Positions 22,002-30,922 of a stretch of 36,228 nucleotides of DNA are shown here, one piece after another (position 1 is the first letter of the stretch; each line of letters opens with the position of its first letter). Where the stretch lies: contig JACQSU010000003.1 of assembly GCA_016211165.1 (NCBI GenBank), forward strand, positions 1-36,228, written 5' to 3'. The notes beneath the pieces are model-generated. The model made no database searches, was not told the origin of the DNA, and saw nothing but the letters and a program-made list of their open reading frames with translations. This stretch comes from Candidatus Woesearchaeota archaeon. Its GTDB lineage: Archaea; Nanobdellota; Nanobdellia; Woesearchaeales; JAGWAF01. Both the position numbers and the translations under genes were made by a program.

Positions 22002-22648
22002 TGACAGGCAAGACTACGGATATCATGATGATGGCCGTCCTCGTGGTGCTCGTGGTTATGCTGTCCGCAGGCGCGGTCTTTATTGATGATCTGATTCCCT
22101 CACCATCCTTGCCAAAGGCAAGCGCCAAAGTTGATCCGTCGCTGGCACGGGTTTCGTTCGGGTCCAATCCTAATGCCTCCGTGCATATGCTCGTCTTTGG
22201 TGATTATGAATGTGCAAATACAAAGGTAGATTGGGAGATGATCAAGCGTATTCGATCTGATTATGGTAAAAAGATCAATCTTGTGTGGGTGCACACGCCG
22301 CTGGATGTTCATCCTCATTCTCAAGCAGCGGCGCGTGCCGTTGTCTGTGCGCAGGCGCAAGGCAAGTTCTGGGAGTTTAGTGATGTGCTCTTTGCGAATC
22401 AGGATCGTCTTGATGATGGCGCGCTTTTAGAGTATGCGGCAAGGATCGGTCTTGATCAGACAGTGTTCCGCTCCTGCTTCTACTCTTCACGTGCAGAGAA
22501 CAAGGTGCGTGATGATCTTGTCTTTGCTCTTGGTCATGGCATCCGCGGCACGCCGACGTACGTGATTAGTGGCCGATGGTTTGAGGGTGTGCAGGATGAG
22601 GGGTTCTTGCGAGGGGTCTTGGATTCTGCTGTGGAGGCAGGACAATGA
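22001..22648 (+). CDS. DsbA/BdbD-like thioredoxin-fold protein with the active site changed to C-A-N-T
   Basis: VFGDYECANTKV occupies the position where the family has DxxCPxC. HPHSQAAARAVVCAQAQGKFWEF and GIRGTPTYVISG match the DsbA-like family. N-terminal TM anchor. Confidence 0.8.
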   Translation: MTGKTTDIMMMAVLVVLVVMLSAGAVFIDDLIPSPSLPKASAKVDPSLARVSFGSNPNASVHMLVFGDYECANTKVDWEMIKRIRSDYGKKINLVWVHTPLDVHPHSQAAARAVVCAQAQGKFWEFSDVLFANQDRLDDGALLEYAARIGLDQTVFRSCFYSSRAENKVRDDLVFALGHGIRGTPTYVISGRWFEGVQDEGFLRGVLDSAVEAGQ

Positions 22649-23409
22649 ATCTCGCGCAAGTCGCTTTGAGGGGTGCGCGGTTGAGTGATCCGTTTTCTTT
22701 GTGGAGGCCGATTGTGGGTGATGTGGGTTTTTTGTTTGCGCTTGGTTTTGTTGGCGGTGCGATTGGTAAGAAGATAGAGGCAGTGCTAATCGCAGCAGGG
22801 GCGTCCATTGCAAGGCAGAGTCAGGGTACGGATGCGGTGGTGCTTACAGCGATGGATAAGTCACTTCTATGGCAGGCATTGGGTTTGCATCTGGTGCTAG
22901 TGCTTGTGATCTATGTTCTGTTTTGCGCGTTTGCAAGTATTGGCTGGTGGTGGGCGGTGAATAGAAAGGGTGTCATCACTATGTCGCTTTATGTGCGCAG
23001 GTTCTTTGGAGTGCATGCCCTATTGATTCCTCTGGGGGTTATCGTCGATGCATTGGGATTTTGGGCAGAGCATCAGAGGCTTGCAGAGCCAGCATCGATG
23101 ATGACGACTCTTTTTATAGGCGGCTATAGTGCCGGTTTGCTTATGCTGGGGATTGTTTCGGTAATCGCTTCTGTGAGGATCTTGCGCAGTGCTGCGTGGA
23201 TAGCGTGGAAGGAGGCTGTTGTCTTGCTCTGTTCTCCACGCAAGTCGCTTGTTCCAGTGGGGCTTATTGTGTTGGGATTCGGGATCATCAATGCAGGTAT
23301 ATGGCTGGCTTCTGCCCTTGATCCTCGCTTTGGCATTGTGGTTGGTATTGGTGTTTTATTTCCTTATCTTGCATTCACTCGACTCTTTCTCGTGGAGGTG
23401 TTTGGATGA
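22645..23409 (+). CDS. polytopic membrane protein, unknown family
   Basis: 254 aa with about 6 hydrophobic segments. ATGA overlaps at both ends. I recognise no motif. Confidence 0.6.
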   Translation: MNLAQVALRGARLSDPFSLWRPIVGDVGFLFALGFVGGAIGKKIEAVLIAAGASIARQSQGTDAVVLTAMDKSLLWQALGLHLVLVLVIYVLFCAFASIGWWWAVNRKGVITMSLYVRRFFGVHALLIPLGVIVDALGFWAEHQRLAEPASMMTTLFIGGYSAGLLMLGIVSVIASVRILRSAAWIAWKEAVVLLCSPRKSLVPVGLIVLGFGIINAGIWLASALDPRFGIVVGIGVLFPYLAFTRLFLVEVFG

Positions 23410-24104
23410 ATCCTGGCAAACTCATGGTCGGCGTCCTCATTCATGCAATTCTTATTGTCATTCTTGCGCTTATCGGGTCGGCGTCAGTCACTGCGTGGCA
23501 GTCGTTCTTTGGTGGCGTTCTGCCCCAGGATCTGGTCAGTAGGCTGTGGATGATCGTGTTTGTCACCGTGGTGTTCTTTGTGCCGCAGTGGTTTGCGTTT
23601 TCAACAGTATCCTATGTCGCGATTTCCTACCTGTCCTATGGCGTGTGGTGGCGTCGCGGCTCGTACGTTCGTTTCCTAAAGACGCACGCGTGGTTTCTTC
23701 TCTTGTTGATGGGATCCTTCATCCTGTGGGATGTGCTTGGTGGGTATGTGCGTGAGTCCTCGGTAATCATCTGGGGCTTTGTTGGAATCGCGGCCTTGGG
23801 TGTGATCTATCTGTATCTGCATCATCGTCGATTGCGTCATTTCGTTGATGTCGCGCACAAGGAATGTGTCTGTATTCGGAAGGCGGTTCCCTGGATCGCC
23901 CTGCACTGGACTGGTGGAATCGTTGCACTTTCGCTCATTGCATTTGTCCTTCCGATAAAGGAATCCTGGCTTGAGATGTTGGTTGTGAGCGGTGTGTTTG
24001 GCGCTGTGTTGACTTTGGATACAGAGCGCTTTCGGGTTGTGATGCAGACGCATGATATGAAAGGGTCGGAGCGCGTTTCGCACACGGCGAGGGGCAGAAG
24101 ATAA
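23406..24104 (+). CDS. polytopic membrane protein, unknown family (CVC motif)
   Basis: 232 aa with about 6 hydrophobic segments. Loop HKECVCIRK. ATGA overlap with the upstream gene. copA starts 30 nt downstream. Confidence 0.6.
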   Translation: MNPGKLMVGVLIHAILIVILALIGSASVTAWQSFFGGVLPQDLVSRLWMIVFVTVVFFVPQWFAFSTVSYVAISYLSYGVWWRRGSYVRFLKTHAWFLLLLMGSFILWDVLGGYVRESSVIIWGFVGIAALGVIYLYLHHRRLRHFVDVAHKECVCIRKAVPWIALHWTGGIVALSLIAFVLPIKESWLEMLVVSGVFGAVLTLDTERFRVVMQTHDMKGSERVSHTARGRR

Positions 24105-24133
24105 GTAATATATAGGATGCGGAGAGTCTTACG

Positions 24134-26317
24134 ATGATGAAGAAAACGTCGATTAAGATTACAGGTATGCATTGTGCAAGTTGCGCTGGTAAAATCGAGA
24201 AGGCGCTCAAGGCAAAGCCCGGAGTTGTCGTGGCATCGGTGAATTTCGGCACCGAGACTGCGCAAGTCGAGCATGATGTGATTAAGAGTAGTGTGCAGGA
24301 TCTCATTGAGGCGATCAAGGCGCAGGGATATGGTGCTTTTGGACAGGGTGAGCCTGGTCATGCAGAGTCTATGAATCATGAAACGCATGATGGGCAGGAT
24401 CTAAAAATCAAGCTTCTTGTCTCGATCCTTCTGACATTGCCCATTGTCTTGTGGACGATGACGCCTGTGGTGTATCCTCTCCCATTTGCAAAGGAGTGGG
24501 TGTTGTTAGTCCTCGCGACTCCTGTGGTCTTGTGGGGTGGCTCCTTTCTCTTTGTGAACACTGTAAAGGCGATTCGTCGGATGTCTGCTGATATGGACAC
24601 GCTTATCGCGATCGGTGTCGGCGCCGCCTACCTATATAGTGTTGCGACAACAGTGGGTCTTGTTGCAGGTCCCCAGTTCTTTGAGACTGCGTCGGCTTTG
24701 GTGTGTTTTATCATTTTGGGCAGGGTTCTTGAGGCGCGGGCGCGTGGAAAGACTAAGCAGTCATTGCAAAAGCTTGTTGAGCTTGCGCCAAAGGAGGCGA
24801 CGGTGTTCCGGGATGGTAGACAAATCAAGATTCCGGTTAAGGACATCATTGTAGGTGATTTGGTGATTGTCAAGCCTGGTGAGAAGATTCCCGTGGATGG
24901 TATCGTTTCAAAAGGTCATTCATCTGTGGATGAGTCGATGATTTCTGGTGAGAGCATTCCAATTGAGAAAAAGCCAGGGGATGCTGTGATTGGTTCGACC
25001 ATCAACAAGTCAGGATCCTTTGCATTCACTGCGCAGAAGGTGGGTAAGGATACCGTGCTTGCGCAGATAATCAGGATGGTTGAGGAGGCCATGTCAAGTA
25101 AGCCGTCAGTCCAGCGACTTGCTGACAAGGTCTCATCGATCTTTGTCCCAGTAGTCTTAGTCCTTGCCATTCTCACATTCCTGTTTTGGTATTACATAGC
25201 TGCGATGGGTTTTGTCTTTGCGCTCACGCTTGCGATCACGACGCTTGTCATTGCGTGTCCATGCGCATTAGGGCTTGCGACGCCGACTGCTGTGATGGTA
25301 GGTACTGGTGTTGGCGCCGAGCATGGTATTTTGATCAAGTCAGGTGATGCGCTTGAGAATGTGGGCAAGCTCACGACGATTGTGCTTGATAAGACAGGCA
25401 CGCTTACTCTTGGCAAGCCGGAAGTGACGGATGTAATCGAGCTCGCATCAAAGCGTGAGGACATTCTTAAGTTTGCGGCGATTGGTGAGGTTAAGTCAGA
25501 GCATCCTTTGGCTGATGCGATTGTGCAGGCGGCAAAGTTGGATAATATTGTGATTCCTGAAGCGACCTTTTTCCGCAATCACGAAGGCCTTGGGATCGAG
25601 GCGTCCTGGCGTGGCAAGCATGTGCTTGTTGGCAATCTCCGTTTGATGAAACAGCATCGTATTCCCACTGACGATTCCTTGGAGCGTCTTGAAGCTCTTG
25701 AGTCCGAGGGCAAGACCGTGATGTGTGTTGCGATTGAGAATAAGCTTGCTGGTCTCGTCGCTGTGGCTGATGTGCTCAAGGCTGATGCAAAGGCCGCTGT
25801 TGATGGGCTTACGTCCTTGGGTCTTGGAGTGATGATGCTTACTGGTGATAATGAGCGTGTCGCGAATGGCATTGCGAAAAAGGCAGGCATTGATTCCGTG
25901 ATCGCGCAGGTGCTTCCAAAAGACAAGCTTGAGAAGATCAGGGAGTTGCAAGCGCAGGGCAAGCGTGTGGCAATGGTTGGTGATGGGGTCAATGATGCTC
26001 CAGCTCTGACGCAGGCTGATGTGGGAATTGCCATTGGCGGGGGGACGGATATCGCAAGGGAATCAGGGGACATTGTGCTTATCAAGAGTAATGTGAATGA
26101 TGTCGTGATGGCAATCAAGCTCTCGCGGCTGACCTTGCGCAAGATTTATCAGAATCTGTATTGGGCCTTTGGGTATAATGTGATTGGCATTCCTGTGGCA
26201 ATGGGTGTGCTGTACCCTGTGGGTATCCTGCTTCCTGCCGAGGCCGCTGGTCTTGCGATGGCTCTCTCGAGCGTCAGCGTTGTGACGAATAGTTTACGTA
26301 TTAGGAAGTTTGCCTGA
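24134..26317 (+). CDS. copA: copper-translocating P1B-type ATPase
   Basis: 727 aa. N-terminal HMA domain GMHCASC, TM6 CPC ([11 protein letters not shown]), DKTGTLT, MLTGDN and [10 protein letters not shown]. Confidence 0.95.
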   Translation: MMKKTSIKITGMHCASCAGKIEKALKAKPGVVVASVNFGTETAQVEHDVIKSSVQDLIEAIKAQGYGAFGQGEPGHAESMNHETHDGQDLKIKLLVSILLTLPIVLWTMTPVVYPLPFAKEWVLLVLATPVVLWGGSFLFVNTVKAIRRMSADMDTLIAIGVGAAYLYSVATTVGLVAGPQFFETASALVCFIILGRVLEARARGKTKQSLQKLVELAPKEATVFRDGRQIKIPVKDIIVGDLVIVKPGEKIPVDGIVSKGHSSVDESMISGESIPIEKKPGDAVIGSTINKSGSFAFTAQKVGKDTVLAQIIRMVEEAMSSKPSVQRLADKVSSIFVPVVLVLAILTFLFWYYIAAMGFVFALTLAITTLVIACPCALGLATPTAVMVGTGVGAEHGILIKSGDALENVGKLTTIVLDKTGTLTLGKPEVTDVIELASKREDILKFAAIGEVKSEHPLADAIVQAAKLDNIVIPEATFFRNHEGLGIEASWRGKHVLVGNLRLMKQHRIPTDDSLERLEALESEGKTVMCVAIENKLAGLVAVADVLKADAKAAVDGLTSLGLGVMMLTGDNERVANGIAKKAGIDSVIAQVLPKDKLEKIRELQAQGKRVAMVGDGVNDAPALTQADVGIAIGGGTDIARESGDIVLIKSNVNDVVMAIKLSRLTLRKIYQNLYWAFGYNVIGIPVAMGVLYPVGILLPAEAAGLAMALSSVSVVTNSLRIRKFA

Positions 26318-26442
26318 TGGAAAAACATGTAATGTCGGTCCTGAGCCGATTTTCTAGTATACACATTTCCACACCAAAAAGTATTTAAATAGCGTTTCGG
26401 GTGGATTCTGTAACATTACGCTCTCTAGAGAGGTGATATATA

Positions 26443-26940
26443 ATGACTGAAGAGAAAGGTTATGGGTTGCTCATATCAGCAATCGTCTCCATCGTGGCGA
26501 TTGTTGGTATGGTTGTGCTCTTCTCAAGTGGAGGAAGCAGCGGCCAGGTAGTGAGCAGATCAGGCGGGTATGGAGGTCATCCTACCTTCGGAACCAGCGA
26601 CCGCGTTGCGGGCAATGAGCGGTTCTTCTTCGTCGAGCCTGGATTTGTGGACGACTTTGGCATAGTATGCGAGGGCATCGCGAGCAGGGATGGCACAACT
26701 GGTGTGACCACCTGCGGTCAGCTTGGCGACAACTGGGGTCGAATGCTCTCGACAAAGTCCGAGAGGCTTGCGCGTAGCGCATCTCAAGGATACTTTGATG
26801 AGTACTCCGGTGTGACTGGCTCTGGCGAGATGCGCACAACTGCCTCGATCGAGTACGGCAGTCCTGCGGGTGATCTTGCTGAGCACGGTGTGCCAAGTGA
26901 GAGTCAGACCCAGTACGGCCGTCCGATGACGATGGAGTAA
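26443..26940 (+). CDS. N-terminally anchored Gly/Ser-rich protein, unknown function
   Basis: 165 aa. AGAGGTG Shine-Dalgarno. TM GLLISAIVSIVAIVGMVVLF. Confidence 0.5.
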   Translation: MTEEKGYGLLISAIVSIVAIVGMVVLFSSGGSSGQVVSRSGGYGGHPTFGTSDRVAGNERFFFVEPGFVDDFGIVCEGIASRDGTTGVTTCGQLGDNWGRMLSTKSERLARSASQGYFDEYSGVTGSGEMRTTASIEYGSPAGDLAEHGVPSESQTQYGRPMTME

Positions 26941-27015
26941 GGTTTTCTTTTTTTTTTCTTTTCTGTTTTCAAAACGTTTATTAACATCTAAAATGGGTTT
27001 TCCCTCGGTGATAGT

Positions 27016-27363
27016 ATGGATCTTGCTGATTATGCTGTGATTGCAGTTGCGCTTGTGGCTCTTATTGGTGTGTTCCAGTCGATGAGTGGCGCAACAGGCA
27101 ACGCGATCTATTTCCCTGCAAAGGCGCTTGGCAATGCCGTGTGTACCGAGAGTGGCGCATGCGATGCTGGCTGGCAGTGTTGTGATAAGGGTTCGTGCCA
27201 TTGCGCGTATGATGATGATGCAAGACTCTACCAGGCAGTGATGCGTGATGTGGGAAGTTCCCAGTGCGTGACTGATGAGCAGGGTTTGTTGCATTGTGAG
27301 CCGTCATCTCCTGCGATGGGCCGTCCACGTGATGAAACAACAGAGGGAATTTTTGTCCGATGA
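27016..27363 (+). CDS. small anchored Cys-rich (9 Cys) extracytoplasmic protein
   Basis: 115 aa. TM, then SGATGNAIYFP. Contains CTESGACDAGWQCCDKGSCHC...QCVTDEQGLLHC. Confidence 0.5.
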   Translation: MDLADYAVIAVALVALIGVFQSMSGATGNAIYFPAKALGNAVCTESGACDAGWQCCDKGSCHCAYDDDARLYQAVMRDVGSSQCVTDEQGLLHCEPSSPAMGRPRDETTEGIFVR

Positions 27364-27791
27364 AGCCGCAAACAGTGACTGGCGTGTTCGCGATCCTCGC
27401 GATGCTTGGGATGCTCTTGTTTGGCTCTTCGATCACAGGTGCCGCTGTTTCTGAAGTCGGCCGGTGTCGTCACGTTCTCAATCCAAGTGGAGTGATCTCG
27501 ACCGAGTGTGAGTATGAGGGTCCAGTCGCTCCAATGTTCCGGTTGCGTCCTGGTGCGATTCTCTTTGTGCCAAGTGGTGTTCAGCAGTGGGATGATTTTG
27601 GTTCGGGAAGCACGTATGATCGTCGGGTGTTCCGGCAGGCAGTGCGTGATCGGATGGGTTTTGCAGGTGGAACGCGTATTGGCGTGATTTCACAAAGCGG
27701 TGAGAATCTGGTCTTTGAGAACCCGGAGAGGATCCGCAAGAATATGCAGCGAGAGGCTGCTGCACAGGATCGATCGCCAGTAGTGTACTAG
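27360..27791 (+). CDS. small secreted/anchored protein, unknown function
   Basis: 143 aa. ATGA overlap with the upstream gene. Signal-like FAILAMLGMLLFGSSITGAAV. Confidence 0.5.
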   Translation: MKPQTVTGVFAILAMLGMLLFGSSITGAAVSEVGRCRHVLNPSGVISTECEYEGPVAPMFRLRPGAILFVPSGVQQWDDFGSGSTYDRRVFRQAVRDRMGFAGGTRIGVISQSGENLVFENPERIRKNMQREAAAQDRSPVVY

Positions 27792-27833
27792 GGGCGTGCA
27801 AACGTATTTTAATGAGCGCAGGATTATGTTCAT

Positions 27834-28676
27834 ATGCGCATAAGATGGTTGCTGATGGTTGTTCTTGCCGTGGGCTGTGTGTCTGCATATCCTGCCCCTG
27901 TGGGTTACGTCAATGACTTCGCCGATGTCTTGGATTCTGCCATGCGTGTTGAGCTCGAATCCAGGCTGGTAAGAATAGAGCAGAACTCATCTGCCCAAAT
28001 CGCTGTCGTTACGATCCCTTCCCTCGACGGCGAAGATATCGATTCGTATGCTGTGAAACTCTTCGAAGTGTGGAAGATCGGCAGGGTCGGCGTGGATAAT
28101 GGTCTTCTTATCCTCGTTGCTCCGCATGAGAAGAAGTGGCGCATTGAGGTGGGGTATGGTCTCGAGGGGATTGTCACGGATTCTATCTCTAGTCGAGTAG
28201 GCCGGGCAATGGTTCCCTATTTCAAGGAAGGAAACTTCAGCGCAGGAATTGTTGCTGGTCTTAATCTTCTTGAGCCCCTGCTTCGCGGTGACGAGGTTCC
28301 CTTTGCCCAAGATGTCCCTTCGGCGCTTGGCGAGGCCTGGGTGATTCGCAATGCATTTGCGATCCTTGCCATCCACTGGTTTGTGTGTGCGATCTGCTTT
28401 TCGTGGTACCAATCCCTTGGCAAGAAGAAACGAAAGCAGGTGCTCATCGCCCTTCCGTGGGCACTCGTAGTCTTTATTGCCTTTCTCTCTCTTGTTTTTG
28501 GGGTCGTGCTTGCGGTCTTCACTCTGATCTGGTTCGTGTCGTCTTTTGGCAATCGTGGGCGTGGTGCAGGAGGATGGTATGGTGGTGGCGTTGGAGGGAT
28601 GGGTGGCTCATCCGGCGGGTTTGGAGGGTTTGGGGGTGGTGGTTCCGGTGGTGGTGGATCGAGCGGGGGATGGTGA
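27834..28676 (+). CDS. TPM-domain (TLP18.3/Psb32/MOLO-1, YgcG-like) protein with TM and a Gly-rich tail
   Basis: GYVNDFADVLD...QIAVVTIPSL...VDNGLLILVA...RIEVGYGLEG, then TM segments, then the ...GGGGSGGGGSSGGW tail typical of the family. Confidence 0.85.
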   Translation: MRIRWLLMVVLAVGCVSAYPAPVGYVNDFADVLDSAMRVELESRLVRIEQNSSAQIAVVTIPSLDGEDIDSYAVKLFEVWKIGRVGVDNGLLILVAPHEKKWRIEVGYGLEGIVTDSISSRVGRAMVPYFKEGNFSAGIVAGLNLLEPLLRGDEVPFAQDVPSALGEAWVIRNAFAILAIHWFVCAICFSWYQSLGKKKRKQVLIALPWALVVFIAFLSLVFGVVLAVFTLIWFVSSFGNRGRGAGGWYGGGVGGMGGSSGGFGGFGGGGSGGGGSSGGW

Positions 28677-28899
28677 CGCTTATGTCGACGATAATGCTTC
28701 GTTCTCGGACAAAGTCCAATGCCTTACGGATATGTTCGGAAGAGATGCTTCGTTTGAGTAACTTGCGTCGTACTTCAAAAAGCGTGATCGCGGAGCAGGA
28801 AACGCGTGTGTCTGATTCAATGAGGGTCGTACAGATTGGTTCGCTATCAAAAAAGTAACCTAGCCACACCGACGTGTCGAGGAATTTAGAATCGATCAT
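28519..28899 (-). CDS. vapC: PIN-domain (VapC-like) toxin, probably degenerate at its 3' half
   Basis: The N-terminal MIDSKFLDTSVWLGYF...AITLFEVRRKL is PIN-like. After about residue 74 the ORF runs antisense through the Gly-rich tail of the TPM gene (His/Arg/Thr-rich) and lacks the distal TxDxDF block. Confidence 0.5.
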   Translation of the reverse strand: MIDSKFLDTSVWLGYFFDSEPICTTLIESDTRVSCSAITLFEVRRKLLKRSISSEHIRKALDFVRERSIIVDISVTIPRSIHHHRNHHPQTLQTRRMSHPSLQRHHHTILLHHAHDCQKTTRTRSE

Positions 28900-29113
28900 G
28901 CTTGTCTCGCAGGTCCTTGAGTATCGCGTTCATGGGGATCTTTGTCTTGAGAAATCCCTTCAGGCTCAGGGGTCTGGTGTGGGCTATCATGCGTCTGATT
29001 GTCTCATCGTAGCTTGCCAAGTGGTATTGTTGGCGCAGCCGTTTGAGTGTGGTCGCAGTCTCAGCGCTGACTTGGATGGCGGTCATCATAAGGGCTATTT
29101 CGCCGAAACTCAT
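28886..29113 (-). CDS. vapB: antitoxin (VapB-like, RHH-type) partner of the PIN ORF
   Basis: 75 aa. AIQVSAETATTLKRLRQQYHLASYDETIRRMI. It overlaps the PIN ORF start by 14 nt. Confidence 0.5.
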   Translation of the reverse strand: MSFGEIALMMTAIQVSAETATTLKRLRQQYHLASYDETIRRMIAHTRPLSLKGFLKTKIPMNAILKDLRDKHDRF

Positions 29114-29140
29114 TTAAACAGGAGTCGCTCTTCAACTGCC

Positions 29141-29722
29141 ATGGCAAAATCCTCGGAATCAAAAATGTGGCTCTACGTCCTTGGCGGCGTGCTCTTGCTC
29201 GCTCTGATTCTCGTCGGCTGGGTTGTGGGCGCGTACAATTCCCTTATTTCGCTCTCCCAGGGTGCTGATAAGGCGTGGTCGAATGTCGAGACGGATTATC
29301 AGCGCCGCTTTGATCTGATTCCTAATCTTGTCGAGACAGTCAAAGGAATCGTGAAGCAGGAGCAGACTGTGTTTACCGAGGTGGCCCAGCTCCGATCGCA
29401 GTGGGCAGCGGCATCAACCCCTGATGAGAAGATGCGTATCGCGCAAGCATCGGATAGCGTGCTCGGTCGCCTTATTGCCGTAGCAGAGGCGTATCCACAG
29501 ATCAAATCCAATGAGAACTTCCTCGCGCTCCAAGATCAGCTTGAGGGCACAGAGAATCGTATCACAGTTTCACGTCAGCGCTACAATGAGGCAGTGACTG
29601 CTTACAATATCAAGACGATGCGTGTACCGTCAAATATCATCGCGAATCTCTTTGGCTTTGGGGAAAAGGAGCTCTTTAAGGCAGCAGCAGGCAGTGAGCA
29701 GGCGCCGGGCGTCAAATTCTAA
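29141..29722 (+). CDS. lemA: LemA family membrane protein
   Basis: Start at MAKSSESKMW (the track ORF extends upstream over the vapB antisense). NSLISLSQGADKAWSNVETDYQRRFDLIPNLVETVKG...AYPQIKSNENF...RYNEAV. Confidence 0.9.
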   Translation: MAKSSESKMWLYVLGGVLLLALILVGWVVGAYNSLISLSQGADKAWSNVETDYQRRFDLIPNLVETVKGIVKQEQTVFTEVAQLRSQWAAASTPDEKMRIAQASDSVLGRLIAVAEAYPQIKSNENFLALQDQLEGTENRITVSRQRYNEAVTAYNIKTMRVPSNIIANLFGFGEKELFKAAAGSEQAPGVKF

Positions 29723-29759
29723 AATCGTTTAAGCTCCGCAGGAGCATTAAACGATTTTT
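29721..29759. repeat. 17-bp-stem hairpin repeat, copy 2
   Basis: AAAATCGTTTAAGCTCCGCAGGAGCATTAAACGATTTTT. It overlaps the lemA stop codon. Confidence 0.85.
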
Positions 29760-29802
29760 AAAGAAAGGTTTTTATAACGTCATTCCGAGTGTTTCCATCG
29801 TG

Positions 29803-30267
29803 ATGAGGCGTGCAGTATGGTTACTCTTGTCAATCTGCCTAGTTGCCTCATCATTTGCAAAGTATTCTCCAGGCCCTGGATACGTCGGTGAGCCGGCGCT
29901 TTCGCAGATGTATATGACCAATCGCGCGTATCCGATGCAGGCAGGGTATCGCGTGCTCGCACAGAGCAAGCCCTCGACATTGTCGATTCCTACGGTAATC
30001 GCGTCTAAGCCGGTCTTTCGTCAGCCTACCCCAGGCGATTACAGGCCTGGCACGCTGACGCTTCGGGCGCGTCTCTGTCCTAATGGGGGTATTCCAATGA
30101 CGCAGGCGCTCATCAATGAGGGGCGTTCTGGTGCGTTTGTGACGAAGTGTGTTACTGATTCAAAGATTATTCGGCAGGATCGTCCGACATTTCCGCCGCG
30201 TGAGAGTGGGTGGCATTTGTATGATCGGTTCCGCGCTCCAGAGTATATAACAAAGGTGTATAGTTGA
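29803..30267 (+). CDS. secreted protein, unknown function (RLCP...CVT)
   Basis: Signal peptide MRRAVWLLLSICLVASSFA. Two Cys, in RLCPNGG...KCVT. Confidence 0.5.
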   Translation: MRRAVWLLLSICLVASSFAKYSPGPGYVGEPALSQMYMTNRAYPMQAGYRVLAQSKPSTLSIPTVIASKPVFRQPTPGDYRPGTLTLRARLCPNGGIPMTQALINEGRSGAFVTKCVTDSKIIRQDRPTFPPRESGWHLYDRFRAPEYITKVYS

Positions 30268-30271
30268 GGTG

Positions 30272-30679
30272 ATGAGTATGTTGATAAAATCCCATCCGCA
30301 TCTGGTTCTGCCCGGGCTTGCTGTTGCTTTCGTGGCGCTTGTGGCGCTGATGAGTGTGCCGACGGATGCGGCGTTGCAGCGTAATGCTGCGTTCCGCAGT
30401 CTTGCGGGAAATGCCGTGGATGAGCAGGCGCACGGTTGGTACACGACTGTTGGCGTTCGTCAGCATCAGACCTTTTCGTCGCGTCTGTGCCCAGATCCGA
30501 GGCGTCCTGTACCGGTGCTTCGAACAATGGCGACGACAGGCACAGGTAAAGTCGTGATTCATGCGTGTGTGACAGGGCAAGAGCCGATTCCTGCGTCCCG
30601 CTGGACCTTTGAGCCAAGTCAGCGCCGCAAGGATCAGGCTACGGGGCCGTATGCGCACGTGTTTCGCGTGCTCTCCTAG
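30272..30679 (+). CDS. secreted protein, weak paralogue of the preceding gene (RLCP...CVT)
   Basis: Signal-like LVLPGLAVAFVALVALMSVPTDA, then RLCPDPR...ACVT. It starts 5 nt after the previous stop. Confidence 0.45.
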   Translation: MSMLIKSHPHLVLPGLAVAFVALVALMSVPTDAALQRNAAFRSLAGNAVDEQAHGWYTTVGVRQHQTFSSRLCPDPRRPVPVLRTMATTGTGKVVIHACVTGQEPIPASRWTFEPSQRRKDQATGPYAHVFRVLS

Positions 30680-30702
30680 GTCGTAAACATGAGGTGAATG
30701 AC

Positions 30703-30897
30703 ATGGCAAAAAAAGAAGAAACATCCTGTGCATGGAATTGCACTGCTCTTGGTTGGGCTGTGCTTGTGGTCGGCGTCTTGTATGTGCTTAAGGACTTGAA
30801 TCTGAGCATTGTTGATTGGATGCCAAACATTGATCCGGCAACTGTGCTTCTGCTCTTAATTGGCCTCAAGATCGTGTGGATGAGTAAGAGGATGTAA
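30703..30897 (+). CDS. small two-TM membrane protein
   Basis: 64 aa from ATG 30703, with GAGGTG 6 nt upstream. SCAWNC motif, then two hydrophobic segments. Confidence 0.4.
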   Translation: MAKKEETSCAWNCTALGWAVLVVGVLYVLKDLNLSIVDWMPNIDPATVLLLLIGLKIVWMSKRM

Positions 30898-30922
30898 GAG
30901 GTTCGGCGCTTGCATAAAGAAG

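Noticed and set aside
28874-29140. The N-terminal 89 codons of the track's 282-aa LemA ORF.
   Set aside because: This part is the antisense of the vapB-like gene. LemA homology, including its TM helix, begins at Met 29141.
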